Of a stretch of 42,322 bases of DNA, positions 28,310-37,311 are shown one piece after another. The stretch is from assembly GCA_034722055.1 (NCBI GenBank), contig JAYENL010000003.1:1-42322 (forward strand), in the 5' to 3' direction. How positions within the stretch are numbered: position 1 is the stretch's first letter; every line of letters starts with the position of its first letter. The DNA is from Armatimonadota bacterium (GTDB lineage: Bacteria > Armatimonadota > Zipacnadia > Zipacnadales > UBA5352). The notes under the pieces were generated by a model that saw only the letters and a list, made by a program, of their open reading frames with translations, was not told the DNA's origin and searched no databases. A program made the translations under genes and the position numbers.

Positions 28310-29059
28310 ATGGCCGATCGATCCGGCGCCTCTGGACTCAGCGCGGTGGCTCGGGGGGCGCGGCATCCGGCGTCGCTGGTCATCGCGGCGGCGACGGTCG
28401 CGGCCGGGCTGCTGGTGGCGCCATGGCTGGCCGCTGCGGGCGTGGTGCTGTGGCTCGCGGTCAGCTACGCCCTCGGCCGCCGGCCGACTGCGGCGCCGCC
28501 GACCATCGACACCGGCGGCCTCCCGCCCAGCATCCAGCGCGACCTGGCGGGCGTGCAGGAGGCCGTGGAGCGGTTGCGGGAGTCCATCGACAGCCTGCAG
28601 CCCGGCCAGCGGGAGCTGTTCGCGGGGTTGGAGGAGGAGGCGGAGGAGCTGCGCGAGGCCGCCGCCCGGCTGGCACTGGCCGCCGGCGCACTGCACGCCC
28701 GGCTCGCCCGGCAGCGCCCGGAGGAGCTGCAGTCGGAGATCGACGGGCTGCGGGAGCGCCTGGAGGTGACCGGGGAGGAGGAGGCGGCGCGCCGGCGGCT
28801 GCAGCAGTCCATCGAGGCACTGCAACGGCGGCTGGCGCGGCGCAGTGAGCTGATGGAGCGGCTGGAGCGCTACCGTTCCACGCTCGGCGGCATGCAGACG
28901 GAGATCGAGGATCTGGCGGATCGCGCCGGCGGCCTGGCGCGCGGCGAGGAGTGGGCGGCTGACGAGGCGGTGGAGGAGCCGCGGCGGCGCATGGACAGCC
29001 TCAAGGCCTCGGTGGCCGCCGCCGAGGAGGTCATGGGCAGGGACGTGGAGACGGCCTGA
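28310..29059 (+). CDS. Membrane-anchored (2-TM) coiled-coil protein A
   Basis: N-terminal hydrophobic hairpin then a long helical region; start at 28295 or 28310. Confidence 0.75.
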   Translation: MADRSGASGLSAVARGARHPASLVIAAATVAAGLLVAPWLAAAGVVLWLAVSYALGRRPTAAPPTIDTGGLPPSIQRDLAGVQEAVERLRESIDSLQPGQRELFAGLEEEAEELREAAARLALAAGALHARLARQRPEELQSEIDGLRERLEVTGEEEAARRRLQQSIEALQRRLARRSELMERLERYRSTLGGMQTEIEDLADRAGGLARGEEWAADEAVEEPRRRMDSLKASVAAAEEVMGRDVETA

Positions 29060-29084
29060 CTGACGCCGCCGCGAAGGAGGGGCC

Positions 29085-29822
29085 ATGCGCCATCGCGGCT
29101 CGTGCTCGCCGGAGGCGCTGCTGGTGCGCGCGCTGACCGATCCCTGGTCACTGGGCATCGGCGCAGCGGTCGGCGGCGTGGCTCTCTTCATGTCGCCGAC
29201 CATCGGGGCATTGCTGGTGCCCCTCTGGGTGCTGGCGGTCTTCGTGATCTACCAGGTGCGCTGGTCGGCACTCCGGCTCCCGGTTACAATACAGCGGAGA
29301 GTCGAGGCCATCGAGGCGGCCCTGGCTGACCCCCAGGAGTCCCTCGGCGCGCTGCCCGGCGACACGCGGAGAGTACTGGAGGATGGGCGGCGGAGCCTGG
29401 CCGACCTGCGGCGAGCCGTGCATGCCATCGCGGGGCGGGCCGCGGCGCTCTCCCGCCGCCTGGAGTCGATCCCGCCGGCGGACATCGAGGAGGCCCTGGC
29501 CGGGCGGCGGCAGGCGCTGGCGAGCCCGCGTGACGCACAGGCGCGTCGAGAGATCGCGCGGTCGATCCAGGTGCTGCAGACGCGCCTGCGTCGCCGCCGG
29601 GCGCTGCAGGAGCGCCTCGGTCGCTACGAGGTCACCATGAGCGCGCTGCAGACCGACATCGAGGACATGACCGAGCGGGTCGCGATGCTGGCGATGGGGG
29701 ATGAGGGGCGGAGCGGAGATCTGCCCGCCCACCAGCTCGCCCGGCTGGCCGCGGGCGTCGCGGCCCTGGAGCAGGTCATGGGCAGCGAAGCGCAGATCGA
29801 GACCGACACCGAGAGTGCCTGA
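29085..29822 (+). CDS. Membrane-anchored (2-TM) coiled-coil protein B, paralogue of A
   Basis: Shares LPxxIQR, SIxxLQxRLxRR, ERLxRY..T...QT(E/D)IED and VAAxExVMG with A; RBS AAGGAGG. Confidence 0.78.
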   Translation: MRHRGSCSPEALLVRALTDPWSLGIGAAVGGVALFMSPTIGALLVPLWVLAVFVIYQVRWSALRLPVTIQRRVEAIEAALADPQESLGALPGDTRRVLEDGRRSLADLRRAVHAIAGRAAALSRRLESIPPADIEEALAGRRQALASPRDAQARREIARSIQVLQTRLRRRRALQERLGRYEVTMSALQTDIEDMTERVAMLAMGDEGRSGDLPAHQLARLAAGVAALEQVMGSEAQIETDTESA

Positions 29823-29870
29823 CATGTTCGCACACCGGGCACCGCCCGGATACACCTGGAGGTGACGTCC

Positions 29871-30689
29871 ATGTGGGCGCGCATCAAGGCGATCTTTCGC
29901 TCACTGTTCGGCTGGCTGCTGAGGGGCATGGAGCATCCGGAGATGCTCCTGCGGCAGTACATGGATGACATGCGATCGCAGATCCCGAGACTCAACGCGC
30001 AGGTCGCCGAGGTCATCAAGCACGAGAAGCTGCTGGAGATGGAGGCGGAGCGCAAGCGGCAGACCGTGGCCGAGCTGGAGCCACGGGTGGAGGCCGCCGT
30101 GAAGATGGGCCCGGAGAAGAAGGAGGCCGCCAAGCGCCTCATCGTCTCCCTGGAGACCGCCAAGGGCGAGCTGGCGGAGCTGGAGGAGCAGCTTGAGCGG
30201 GCGCGCCAGAACTCCCAGAACATGATGCGCCAGCGCACCGCCTACGAGCAGCGCATCAAAAGGCAGATCGATGAGGCCAAGCGGCAGCTCTCCCGCGCCA
30301 AGCGGGCCGAGGTGGAGAAGCAGATCGCCTCCACCATGGCCAGCTTCGAGGTGGGCGACGCCTCCGACACGCTGGAGCGCGTCACGGAGCGCATCGACGA
30401 GGAGCTCGCCCGCTCCAAGGCCCGCCAGGAGGTGGCCTCGGACACGCTCGAGAGCCAGATGGCCGAGCTTGAGCTGGACGTGGCCGACCAGCAGGCGGAG
30501 CTGGCCTACGTCGAATACCAGCGCCAGCTCGGGCTCATCCCCGACGAGGAGGCGGAGCGGACCATGGAGTCCGTGGCCCAGGAGGGGGAGGGGGAGCACG
30601 TCACCGGCCCGCCCAGCCACGAGGAGATGGAGGAGATCGAGCGGGAGATGCAGGCTGAGCAGACCGAAGAGGCCGAGCAGGAACAGTAG
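29871..30689 (+). CDS. pspA: PspA/IM30 (ESCRT-III superfamily) protein with acidic C-terminal tail
   Basis: Amphipathic N-helix MWARIKAIFRS, MEHPEMLLRQYMDDM, long coiled coil, LERVTERIDEE..A; RBS GGAGG. Confidence 0.88.
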   Translation: MWARIKAIFRSLFGWLLRGMEHPEMLLRQYMDDMRSQIPRLNAQVAEVIKHEKLLEMEAERKRQTVAELEPRVEAAVKMGPEKKEAAKRLIVSLETAKGELAELEEQLERARQNSQNMMRQRTAYEQRIKRQIDEAKRQLSRAKRAEVEKQIASTMASFEVGDASDTLERVTERIDEELARSKARQEVASDTLESQMAELELDVADQQAELAYVEYQRQLGLIPDEEAERTMESVAQEGEGEHVTGPPSHEEMEEIEREMQAEQTEEAEQEQ

Positions 30690-30700
30690 GCTGAAACCGC

Positions 30701-32431
30701 ATGTCCGAGACCGCTCAGAAGCTGCCACTGCCGCCATGGGCCGAGGACGTGCGCGGCGCCTTCACCAGCGGCGCCGCCTCGGTCTTCCTGCTGCACGGGG
30801 TGCGCGACCTGGTGCCCTTCGGGGAGCGCTACGTCCCCCTGCCCGAGTTCCTGCACCGGGCCTTCTGTGGCGGCAAGCGCACTGTCTTCTACGACATCGG
30901 CTCGGGCATCAGCCTGCCCACGCCGGAGGACGAGAAACAGTTCAAGGCCTTCCTGGACGTGCGCGCCGCCCGTGGCGATCCGCCCCTGGCGATGCGCGAC
31001 AGCTACCGTCCGGAGCTGACCATCCCGGTGCTGCATGAGTACCTCATGAGCCGGGACCGCGTGGCGCTGATCATCGACTTCGTGGACAAGGTGTTCCCGG
31101 CGCAGGAGGAGCGGTTCATGAGCGCCGAGGAGCGGCGGCTGCTGGCCACCGTCCGCTCCTGGTCCACCGACCCCCGGCTGATGCGTCGCAACAGCTTCGT
31201 GCTGCTCATCGCCGAATCCCTCACGGATGTGCACGAGGACCTCTACACCCGCGGAGGGGGCACCGCCCTGGTGGAGCTGCCCCTGCCGGACGAGCCGCAG
31301 CGGTTGGAGTACATCAACCAGCTCCTCGAGCTGGACGAGGACTCGGACGCCCCCGCCTCCGACGACGACGACCTGGCGCTGTCCCGGCAGGTGCTGGCCC
31401 AGACGTCCAACGGCATGACGCTGCAGCAGATCGCCGCCATGATCCGCTCGGCCCACGCCGAGGGTCGGGCCCTGGACCTCGCGGAGGTCGGGCGACACAA
31501 GCGCGACGCCATCGAGGCGGAGATCGGCGAACTGGTGGAGTTCACTGAGTCCCCCTTCGGCCTCGACGCCGTGGCCGGCGTGGAGAGGCAGAAGCAACTG
31601 CTGCTGGACACCGTGCGCGCCCTTCGCGAGGGCCGCACCGGCCTGGTGCCCAAGGGCATCCTGCTGCTGGGGCCGCCGGGAACGGGCAAGACCTTCACCA
31701 TGCAGTGCTTCGCGCGGGACATCGGCATCCCGTTCGTGGAGCTGCGCAACATCTTCTCCAAGTACGTGGGCTCCACGGAGGCCAACCTGGAGAAGCTGTT
31801 CCACTACCTGGAGGCGCTGGCGCCCATCTTCGTCTTCATCGACGAGTTCGACCAGAGCTACGGGCGGCGCGTGACCACTGACAGCGACTCCGGCGTCTCC
31901 CGGCGCGTCTTCGGGATGTTCAACAACTTCCTGTCCGACGATTCCCATCAGGGGCGCATCATCTTCGGTGCCGCCACCAACCGCCCCGACCTCATCGACC
32001 ACGCCACCATGCGGGCGGGGCGCTTCGACCTGAAGATCCCCTTCCTGCTGCCCAACGCAGAGGCCCGCGACGCCATCCTGCGCGTGACCATCCGCAACCT
32101 GGGCGTGGACTTCGAGGACGGCGATCTCGGCGAGGTCGCCGAGGGCACGGGCGGCCACTCCGGGGCCGACCTGCGCGAGCTGGTGCGCATCGCCCAGCGC
32201 CGGGCCTTCAGCGAGGGCCATGAGCAGGTGAGGGTGGAGGACCTGGTCTTCGCGGTCGAGGATTACATCCCGCCGGGCATCTCCCGCGCCGACGAGATCC
32301 GCGCCATGGAGCTGCAGGCGGTGGCGAATACCACGTCGCGATCGCTGCTGCCCGACCACTACATCGCGGCCCTGGAGAGCGGCCGCCTCCACGAGGACCT
32401 CCGCGACCTGGAGCTGCGCCTGGGGTGGTGA
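30701..32431 (+). CDS. Classical-clade AAA+ ATPase with degenerate N-terminal and intact C-terminal AAA modules
   Basis: Second module: GILLLGPPGTGKT, pore loop SKYVG, FIDEFD, ATNRPD, RAGRFD, SGADL. First module relics: FLLHGVRD, LIIDFVD, LPLPDEPQR. Confidence 0.9.
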   Translation: MSETAQKLPLPPWAEDVRGAFTSGAASVFLLHGVRDLVPFGERYVPLPEFLHRAFCGGKRTVFYDIGSGISLPTPEDEKQFKAFLDVRAARGDPPLAMRDSYRPELTIPVLHEYLMSRDRVALIIDFVDKVFPAQEERFMSAEERRLLATVRSWSTDPRLMRRNSFVLLIAESLTDVHEDLYTRGGGTALVELPLPDEPQRLEYINQLLELDEDSDAPASDDDDLALSRQVLAQTSNGMTLQQIAAMIRSAHAEGRALDLAEVGRHKRDAIEAEIGELVEFTESPFGLDAVAGVERQKQLLLDTVRALREGRTGLVPKGILLLGPPGTGKTFTMQCFARDIGIPFVELRNIFSKYVGSTEANLEKLFHYLEALAPIFVFIDEFDQSYGRRVTTDSDSGVSRRVFGMFNNFLSDDSHQGRIIFGAATNRPDLIDHATMRAGRFDLKIPFLLPNAEARDAILRVTIRNLGVDFEDGDLGEVAEGTGGHSGADLRELVRIAQRRAFSEGHEQVRVEDLVFAVEDYIPPGISRADEIRAMELQAVANTTSRSLLPDHYIAALESGRLHEDLRDLELRLGW

Positions 32432-32434
32432 AGG

Positions 32435-32970
32435 GCAGCTAACAGTCGCCAGCGATCAGCTATCAGCGAACGGCAACGAACTACGGCCCAAGGCCTCTCC
32501 TCCCCACAATCCCTCTTGGCCGTCTGTCTCGTGTCGTACGGCTTACCTTTACCGGAGACTGCATGGCAGTCTCACGGAGGTCGCACGGCGACCTCAAGAC
32601 CTTCGGTCTCATGCGGAGGGCTGTTGGCCGTGGAGGGGCCGCCTGAGGGCGCTCCTCAGGAGCGCGCGAAGTCGGCCCGCTGCAGGCGAAGTGACGCAAT
32701 CGGCGGCCTGGACGGCCAACGGCCGGGCCGGCTTCGGCTGCAGCGAACGATGCTGGAGCCTCAGACGGCCCCTCCGGACGGCAGACAGCGAATCGCCACT
32801 CGCCACGATGTGGGTAAAGGTAAGGTCGTACGGAGGGGCGGGCTTCCTTGCCCGCCCGGTCGTTCGTCATGCCGCTTGGAGGGGCGCGACTACGCTCGCG
32901 CGCGATTGTGGTCATTCGGTGGTGACCGCACGCGGAACGGCGCACGCACAGGAGTGTGCGTGCCACGGAA
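32435..32970. repeat. Intergenic mosaic: heptamer run, IR-bounded structured element (32535-32832), GGAG and GTGG REPs
   Basis: CTTACCTTTACC (32542) pairs with GGTAAAGGTAAG (32813); GGAGGGGCGGGCTTCCTTGCCCGCCC at 32832 is identical to 19571. Confidence 0.8.
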
Positions 32971-33098
32971 CGCCCCAATCTGAGGCCGCACCCTTGCCGT
33001 CGCGGCAGGGCTACGGTGCCCCGCGCTGAAGGACTCCGCGCTGTGACAAGGAAGCTACCGTGGCCGTATGAGCGTGACCCATCGCTGGAGGTCCGAGG

Positions 33099-33950
33099 AT
33101 GAAGGTCTACATCGTCACTGACCTGGAGGGCGTGGCCGGCGTCACGCAGTGGGACCCGCGCCACGAGGGTAATAACGCCGCCACCGCCCTGGCGCGACGC
33201 CGATTCGCCCGCTGGCTGACCGAGGAGGTCAACGCCGCCGCGCGAGGCCTCTTCGCCGGCGGCGCCACGGAGGTTATCGTCAACGACGGGCATGGCGCAG
33301 GGCAGACCATCGACGTGGAGCATGTTGATCCCCGCATAAAGATCTTCCATGGCACCGAGCGGCCCAACTACTGCACCGGTCTCGACGAGACCTGCGACGC
33401 CATCGCCAGCGTCGGCACCCACGCCAAGGCCGGCACCGAGCACGGCAACCTGGCGCACACCATGGGCACGGGCGTGCGAGGCTACTGGATCAACGGCGTC
33501 AGCGTGGGCGAGACCGGCCTGCAGGCCTTCCTGGCCGGCGAGTATGGAGTGCCCTACGTCTTCTGTGCGGGCGACGAGTGGGCGGTGCGGGAGATGCAGC
33601 AGCTCGTTCCAGGCTGTGTGGGCGCCGCCGTCAAGTACGGCACCAGCACGCTCTCGGCGCTCACATGCACGCCCCAGCGCGCCCGCGAGATCATCGAGGA
33701 GGGCGCGGAGCGAGCCATGCAGGGCATCGGTGAGGTTGAGCCGCTGGAGCCGGGCTCGCCGGTGCTCTTCCGCGAGGAGCACCACGAGCCGGTCTTCGAC
33801 CCCGAGGAGCCGCGGGAGGGCTGCCGGATTATCGACGCCCACACCCTCGAGATCGAGGCGGACACGCTCAAGGACCTGCTGGACATTAAGTACGGCTATG
33901 ACCCGGACTGGACGCCGGCGTGGGCGCAGCCCTGGTTCGAGGAGGCTTGA
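33099..33950 (+). CDS. M55 family metallopeptidase (DppA D-aminopeptidase-like), paralogue 1
   Basis: TDLEGVAG, EVNAA, NDGHG, GTHA, LAHT, GETG, AGD, VKYG. Confidence 0.92.
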   Translation: MKVYIVTDLEGVAGVTQWDPRHEGNNAATALARRRFARWLTEEVNAAARGLFAGGATEVIVNDGHGAGQTIDVEHVDPRIKIFHGTERPNYCTGLDETCDAIASVGTHAKAGTEHGNLAHTMGTGVRGYWINGVSVGETGLQAFLAGEYGVPYVFCAGDEWAVREMQQLVPGCVGAAVKYGTSTLSALTCTPQRAREIIEEGAERAMQGIGEVEPLEPGSPVLFREEHHEPVFDPEEPREGCRIIDAHTLEIEADTLKDLLDIKYGYDPDWTPAWAQPWFEEA

Positions 33951-33954
33951 AGCC

Positions 33955-34806
33955 ATGCGCATGCACATCATGACCGACCTGGAGGGCGTGGCAGGCGTCT
34001 GCCAGTGGGAGAACCGCGACGACACCGGGCCGGCGAATGCCCTGCGGCGCCAGCGGCTGAGCCGCCTGCTGGCGGGAGAGGTGAACGCGGCCATCGAAGG
34101 CCTGCTGGCGGCCGGCTTCGACGAGGTCATCGTGAATGACGGCCACGGCTCGGGATCGACGATCGATTACGACATCGCCGACCCCCGCGCGCTCTACTAC
34201 CACGGCCGGGAGCGCCCCTTCTGGCTGCCGTTCCTCAGCGACCGGTGCGCCGCCACCGGTGCGGTGGGCGCGCACTCCAGGGCCAGCACCCCCAGCGGCT
34301 GCCTGGCGCACACCATGAGCGGCGCCATCCGCAGGTGGACCATCAATGATCTGGAGGTGGGGGAGACCGGCCTGCAGGCCCTCATCGCGGGCTACCACGG
34401 CGTGCCGTTCATCTTCGCGGCCGGCGACATCTGGCTGTGCCGGGAGATGGAGGAGACGGTCCCCGGCTGCGTGACGGTGCCGATGAAGTACGGGACAAGC
34501 AAGCACTCGGCGATGGCCCTGCCGCCGCAGCGGGCCTGTGAGCTGATCCGGGAGGGCGCCGAGCGGGCCATGGAGGCCATCGACTGCGTGGAGCCGCTGG
34601 CGCTGGAGTCCCCGGTGCTGTGGCGCGATGAGCGGGTGGACCCCACCTGGGATGAGGAGGAGGACCAGCCTGAGGGCATCACCATCGTCAATGCGCACGT
34701 CCGGGAGATCGTCGGCGAGGACCTCATGGACGTCATCCAGAAGGTGTACCCGAACTACGACTACGACTTCGCGCCCGAGGAGTGGACGCCCGGCGTGCGA
34801 ACGTGA
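33955..34806 (+). CDS. M55 family metallopeptidase, paralogue 2
   Basis: TDLEGVAG, NDGHG, GAHS, LAHT, GETG; ATG 33955 after GGAGG. Confidence 0.92.
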   Translation: MRMHIMTDLEGVAGVCQWENRDDTGPANALRRQRLSRLLAGEVNAAIEGLLAAGFDEVIVNDGHGSGSTIDYDIADPRALYYHGRERPFWLPFLSDRCAATGAVGAHSRASTPSGCLAHTMSGAIRRWTINDLEVGETGLQALIAGYHGVPFIFAAGDIWLCREMEETVPGCVTVPMKYGTSKHSAMALPPQRACELIREGAERAMEAIDCVEPLALESPVLWRDERVDPTWDEEEDQPEGITIVNAHVREIVGEDLMDVIQKVYPNYDYDFAPEEWTPGVRT

Positions 34807-34879
34807 TGTGCAGTCGTTGCCCTTGTGGCTCGGGCGCCCGGCTCCCAGGATGCTGGAGCACTTTGGGCATCACAAACGG

Positions 34880-35060
34880 CGCACGGACAGGAGTGTCCGG
34901 AGGCTCGCAAGCGAGCCAGGTTGCGGAGTTCGCTAGACCGCAAGCGGTCTGCACGCGAACGTCCGTGCCACGGAAAGACAGCGCTTGGAGGGGCGGGCAT
35001 CTGTTCCCGCCCGGCCATTGGCGTGCCGTATGGAGGGGCCGGACCACCGTCCGGCCCGCC
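34880..35060. repeat. REP mosaic
   Basis: Interrupted GTGG REP at 34881-34971; GGAG REPs at ~34987 and ~35032 (the latter is the reverse complement of ~40365). Confidence 0.8.
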
Positions 35061-35181
35061 GTTGAGGCAGTGCCGTCGAGAACGTTTGCGGTGTCCGAGG
35101 GTTGCCGTCCGCCGTCTCTGTCGTTGTCTGCTGTTATCTGCCGTTATCTGCCGCGCGTTTGGCACACCCACGTGAGGAGCG

Positions 35182-36426
35182 ATGCACGTGTCAGCAGAGA
35201 AGAAGGCGCCGCCGGTGGGCATCTGCCTGGTCGGCGTCAACAACTTCGCCAACAGCCATAAGCGATCAATCGAGCAGATAGTGGAGGAGGGCCTGGCCGA
35301 GTTCACCTGCGTGGTCATTCGCAGCCCCGAGAGATACCCGGATGCCGTCGAGGAGTATACGCAGCGGGGCATCACCATCTACAACGACTATGACCGCATG
35401 TTGGAGGAGGAGAAGGGGCGCGTGGACCTGGTGGCCCTGCCCGTCGCCATCCACACGCACGCGGAGGCCTCCATCGCGGCCATGGAGGCCGGCTACGACG
35501 TGCTGGTGGAGAAGCCCCCGGCCGCCACCGTGCAGGACGTGGACGCCATGATCGCCACCTCCGAGGAGACCGGGCGCTTCTGCGCCGTGGGCTTCCAGAA
35601 CCAGTCCAAGCACACCGTCCGCGAGCTCAAAGCGCTCATCTGCGACGGCGAACTCGGCCAGGTGGAGCGCATCACGGTCATGGCCGAGTGGGTCCGCGAC
35701 GACGCCTACTACGCGCGCAATGCCTGGGCCGGCCAGATGGTCCTCGACGGCCGCTATGTGCTGGACGGGCCCACCAACAACGCGCTGGCGCACTACATGT
35801 TCAACGCCCTCTACTGGGCCAGCCCCACCTGGGGCCACGCCGACAGCCCGGCGCGCGTGCGCGGCGAGCTGTATCGCGCCCACCCCATCCCCGGCGAGGA
35901 CTCCTCCGCCATCGCGGTTGAGACGCTCGGCGGCGTGCACATCGTCTACGTTACGACGCTGGCCGGCTGGGAGACGCGCGGGCCCATCATCCGCGTGGAG
36001 GGCACCGGGGGCACCGCGCACTGGGACTTCCAGGGCCCCACGCAGATCGAGTACGCCGACGGCTCCGAGCGCGTTATCGAGCCCGACGGGCGGCGGGAGC
36101 ACGACGAGGTCTTCCGCAACGCCATCCGCTACATGCTGGGCGAGGACGATGAGCTCAACGCCCCCATCGCCATGACGCGGCCGATGACCGTGGCCGTCAA
36201 CGGCGCCTACGAGTCCGGCGGCCCGCCGCGGACCATCTCCGACGAGCACGTCACCCGCGAGCGGCGCGGCGAGAAGGTCTTCACCGGCATCAACGGCATC
36301 GGCGAGCTGCTGGATGACTGCTACCAGAGGCACATCACCTACTCGGAGGCCGGCGCGCCCTGGGCCTACGAGACCGAATGGTTCGACACCAGCGAGTACT
36401 CCCACTTCGACATGGACCTGGGCTGA
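35182..36426 (+). CDS. Gfo/Idh/MocA family oxidoreductase
   Basis: ICLVG, IHTH, VLVEKP, VGFQ, NALAH. Confidence 0.88.
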   Translation: MHVSAEKKAPPVGICLVGVNNFANSHKRSIEQIVEEGLAEFTCVVIRSPERYPDAVEEYTQRGITIYNDYDRMLEEEKGRVDLVALPVAIHTHAEASIAAMEAGYDVLVEKPPAATVQDVDAMIATSEETGRFCAVGFQNQSKHTVRELKALICDGELGQVERITVMAEWVRDDAYYARNAWAGQMVLDGRYVLDGPTNNALAHYMFNALYWASPTWGHADSPARVRGELYRAHPIPGEDSSAIAVETLGGVHIVYVTTLAGWETRGPIIRVEGTGGTAHWDFQGPTQIEYADGSERVIEPDGRREHDEVFRNAIRYMLGEDDELNAPIAMTRPMTVAVNGAYESGGPPRTISDEHVTRERRGEKVFTGINGIGELLDDCYQRHITYSEAGAPWAYETEWFDTSEYSHFDMDLG

Positions 36427-37307
36427 TGGACGCCAAGGCGTCCGACGAGGGACTCAGTGGCGTTGAGGAGCAGCCGCCCGGGCGGCTGCTCCCCGGCACC
36501 TGCATCGAGGTCATCAACGAGGACATCCAGCGCGGTCGCATCCGCCACGCCCTCTTCGACTTCGATGGCACCGTCTCGCTGATCCGCCAGGGCTGGCAGG
36601 GCGTGATGGTGCCCATGATGGTGGATGTGCTCCAGGAGCTGGACACCGGCGAGTCCCGGGAGGAGCTCTCCGCGCTGGTGCGGGAGTTCGTGGACCGGCT
36701 GACGGGCAAGCAGACCATCTACCAGATGATCGAGCTGGCCGAGCAGGTGCGCAAGCGCGGCGGCGAGCCGCGCGATCCCCTGGAGTACAAGCATCGCTAC
36801 CTGGAGCTGCTCTGGGAGCAGATCGAGGGCCGCGTTGAGGGGCTCAAGAGCGGCGAGATCGACCCCGAGCAGATGCGCGTGCCGGGCTCGCTGGAGATCC
36901 TGCAGGCCCTGCGGGAGCGGGGCGTGAAGATGTACCTCGCTTCCGGCACCGACCGGCCCTACGTGCTGGACGAGGCACAGGCCGTGGGCGTGACAGAGTA
37001 CTTCGAGGGCATCTACGGCGCGCTGGACGACTACGAGAGCTTCTCGAAGGCCATGGTCATCGAGATGATCATCGACGAGCACGACCTCCACGGGCCGGAG
37101 CTGGTGGGCTTCGGCGACGGCTACGTGGAGATCCAGAACGTGGCCGACGTCGGAGGGATCGCGGTGGGCGCGGCGACGGACGAGGAGCGTCGGGAGGGCA
37201 TCGACGAGTGGAAGCGCGATCGGCTGATCGTGGCCGGCGCGGATCTGATCATCCCCGACTTCCGCGAGCACCAGCGCCTGCTGGCCTGGCTCTTCGCGGA
37301 GGAGTGA
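36426..37307 (+). CDS. HAD family hydrolase (phosphatase)
   Basis: FDFDGT (motif I), LASGT, FSK, FGDG; TGATG coupling to the upstream gene. Confidence 0.88.
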   Translation: MDAKASDEGLSGVEEQPPGRLLPGTCIEVINEDIQRGRIRHALFDFDGTVSLIRQGWQGVMVPMMVDVLQELDTGESREELSALVREFVDRLTGKQTIYQMIELAEQVRKRGGEPRDPLEYKHRYLELLWEQIEGRVEGLKSGEIDPEQMRVPGSLEILQALRERGVKMYLASGTDRPYVLDEAQAVGVTEYFEGIYGALDDYESFSKAMVIEMIIDEHDLHGPELVGFGDGYVEIQNVADVGGIAVGAATDEERREGIDEWKRDRLIVAGADLIIPDFREHQRLLAWLFAEE

Positions 37308-37311
37308 GGAC

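Noticed and set aside
29285..29290. TACAAT as an internal pspA promoter (also TATAGT at 13962)
   Set aside because: No convincing -35 or extended TG, and far from the next start codon.
33349..33954. N-terminal extension of the second M55 ORF (485 aa)
   Set aside because: It overlaps the first M55 gene out of frame; homology starts at ATG 33955.
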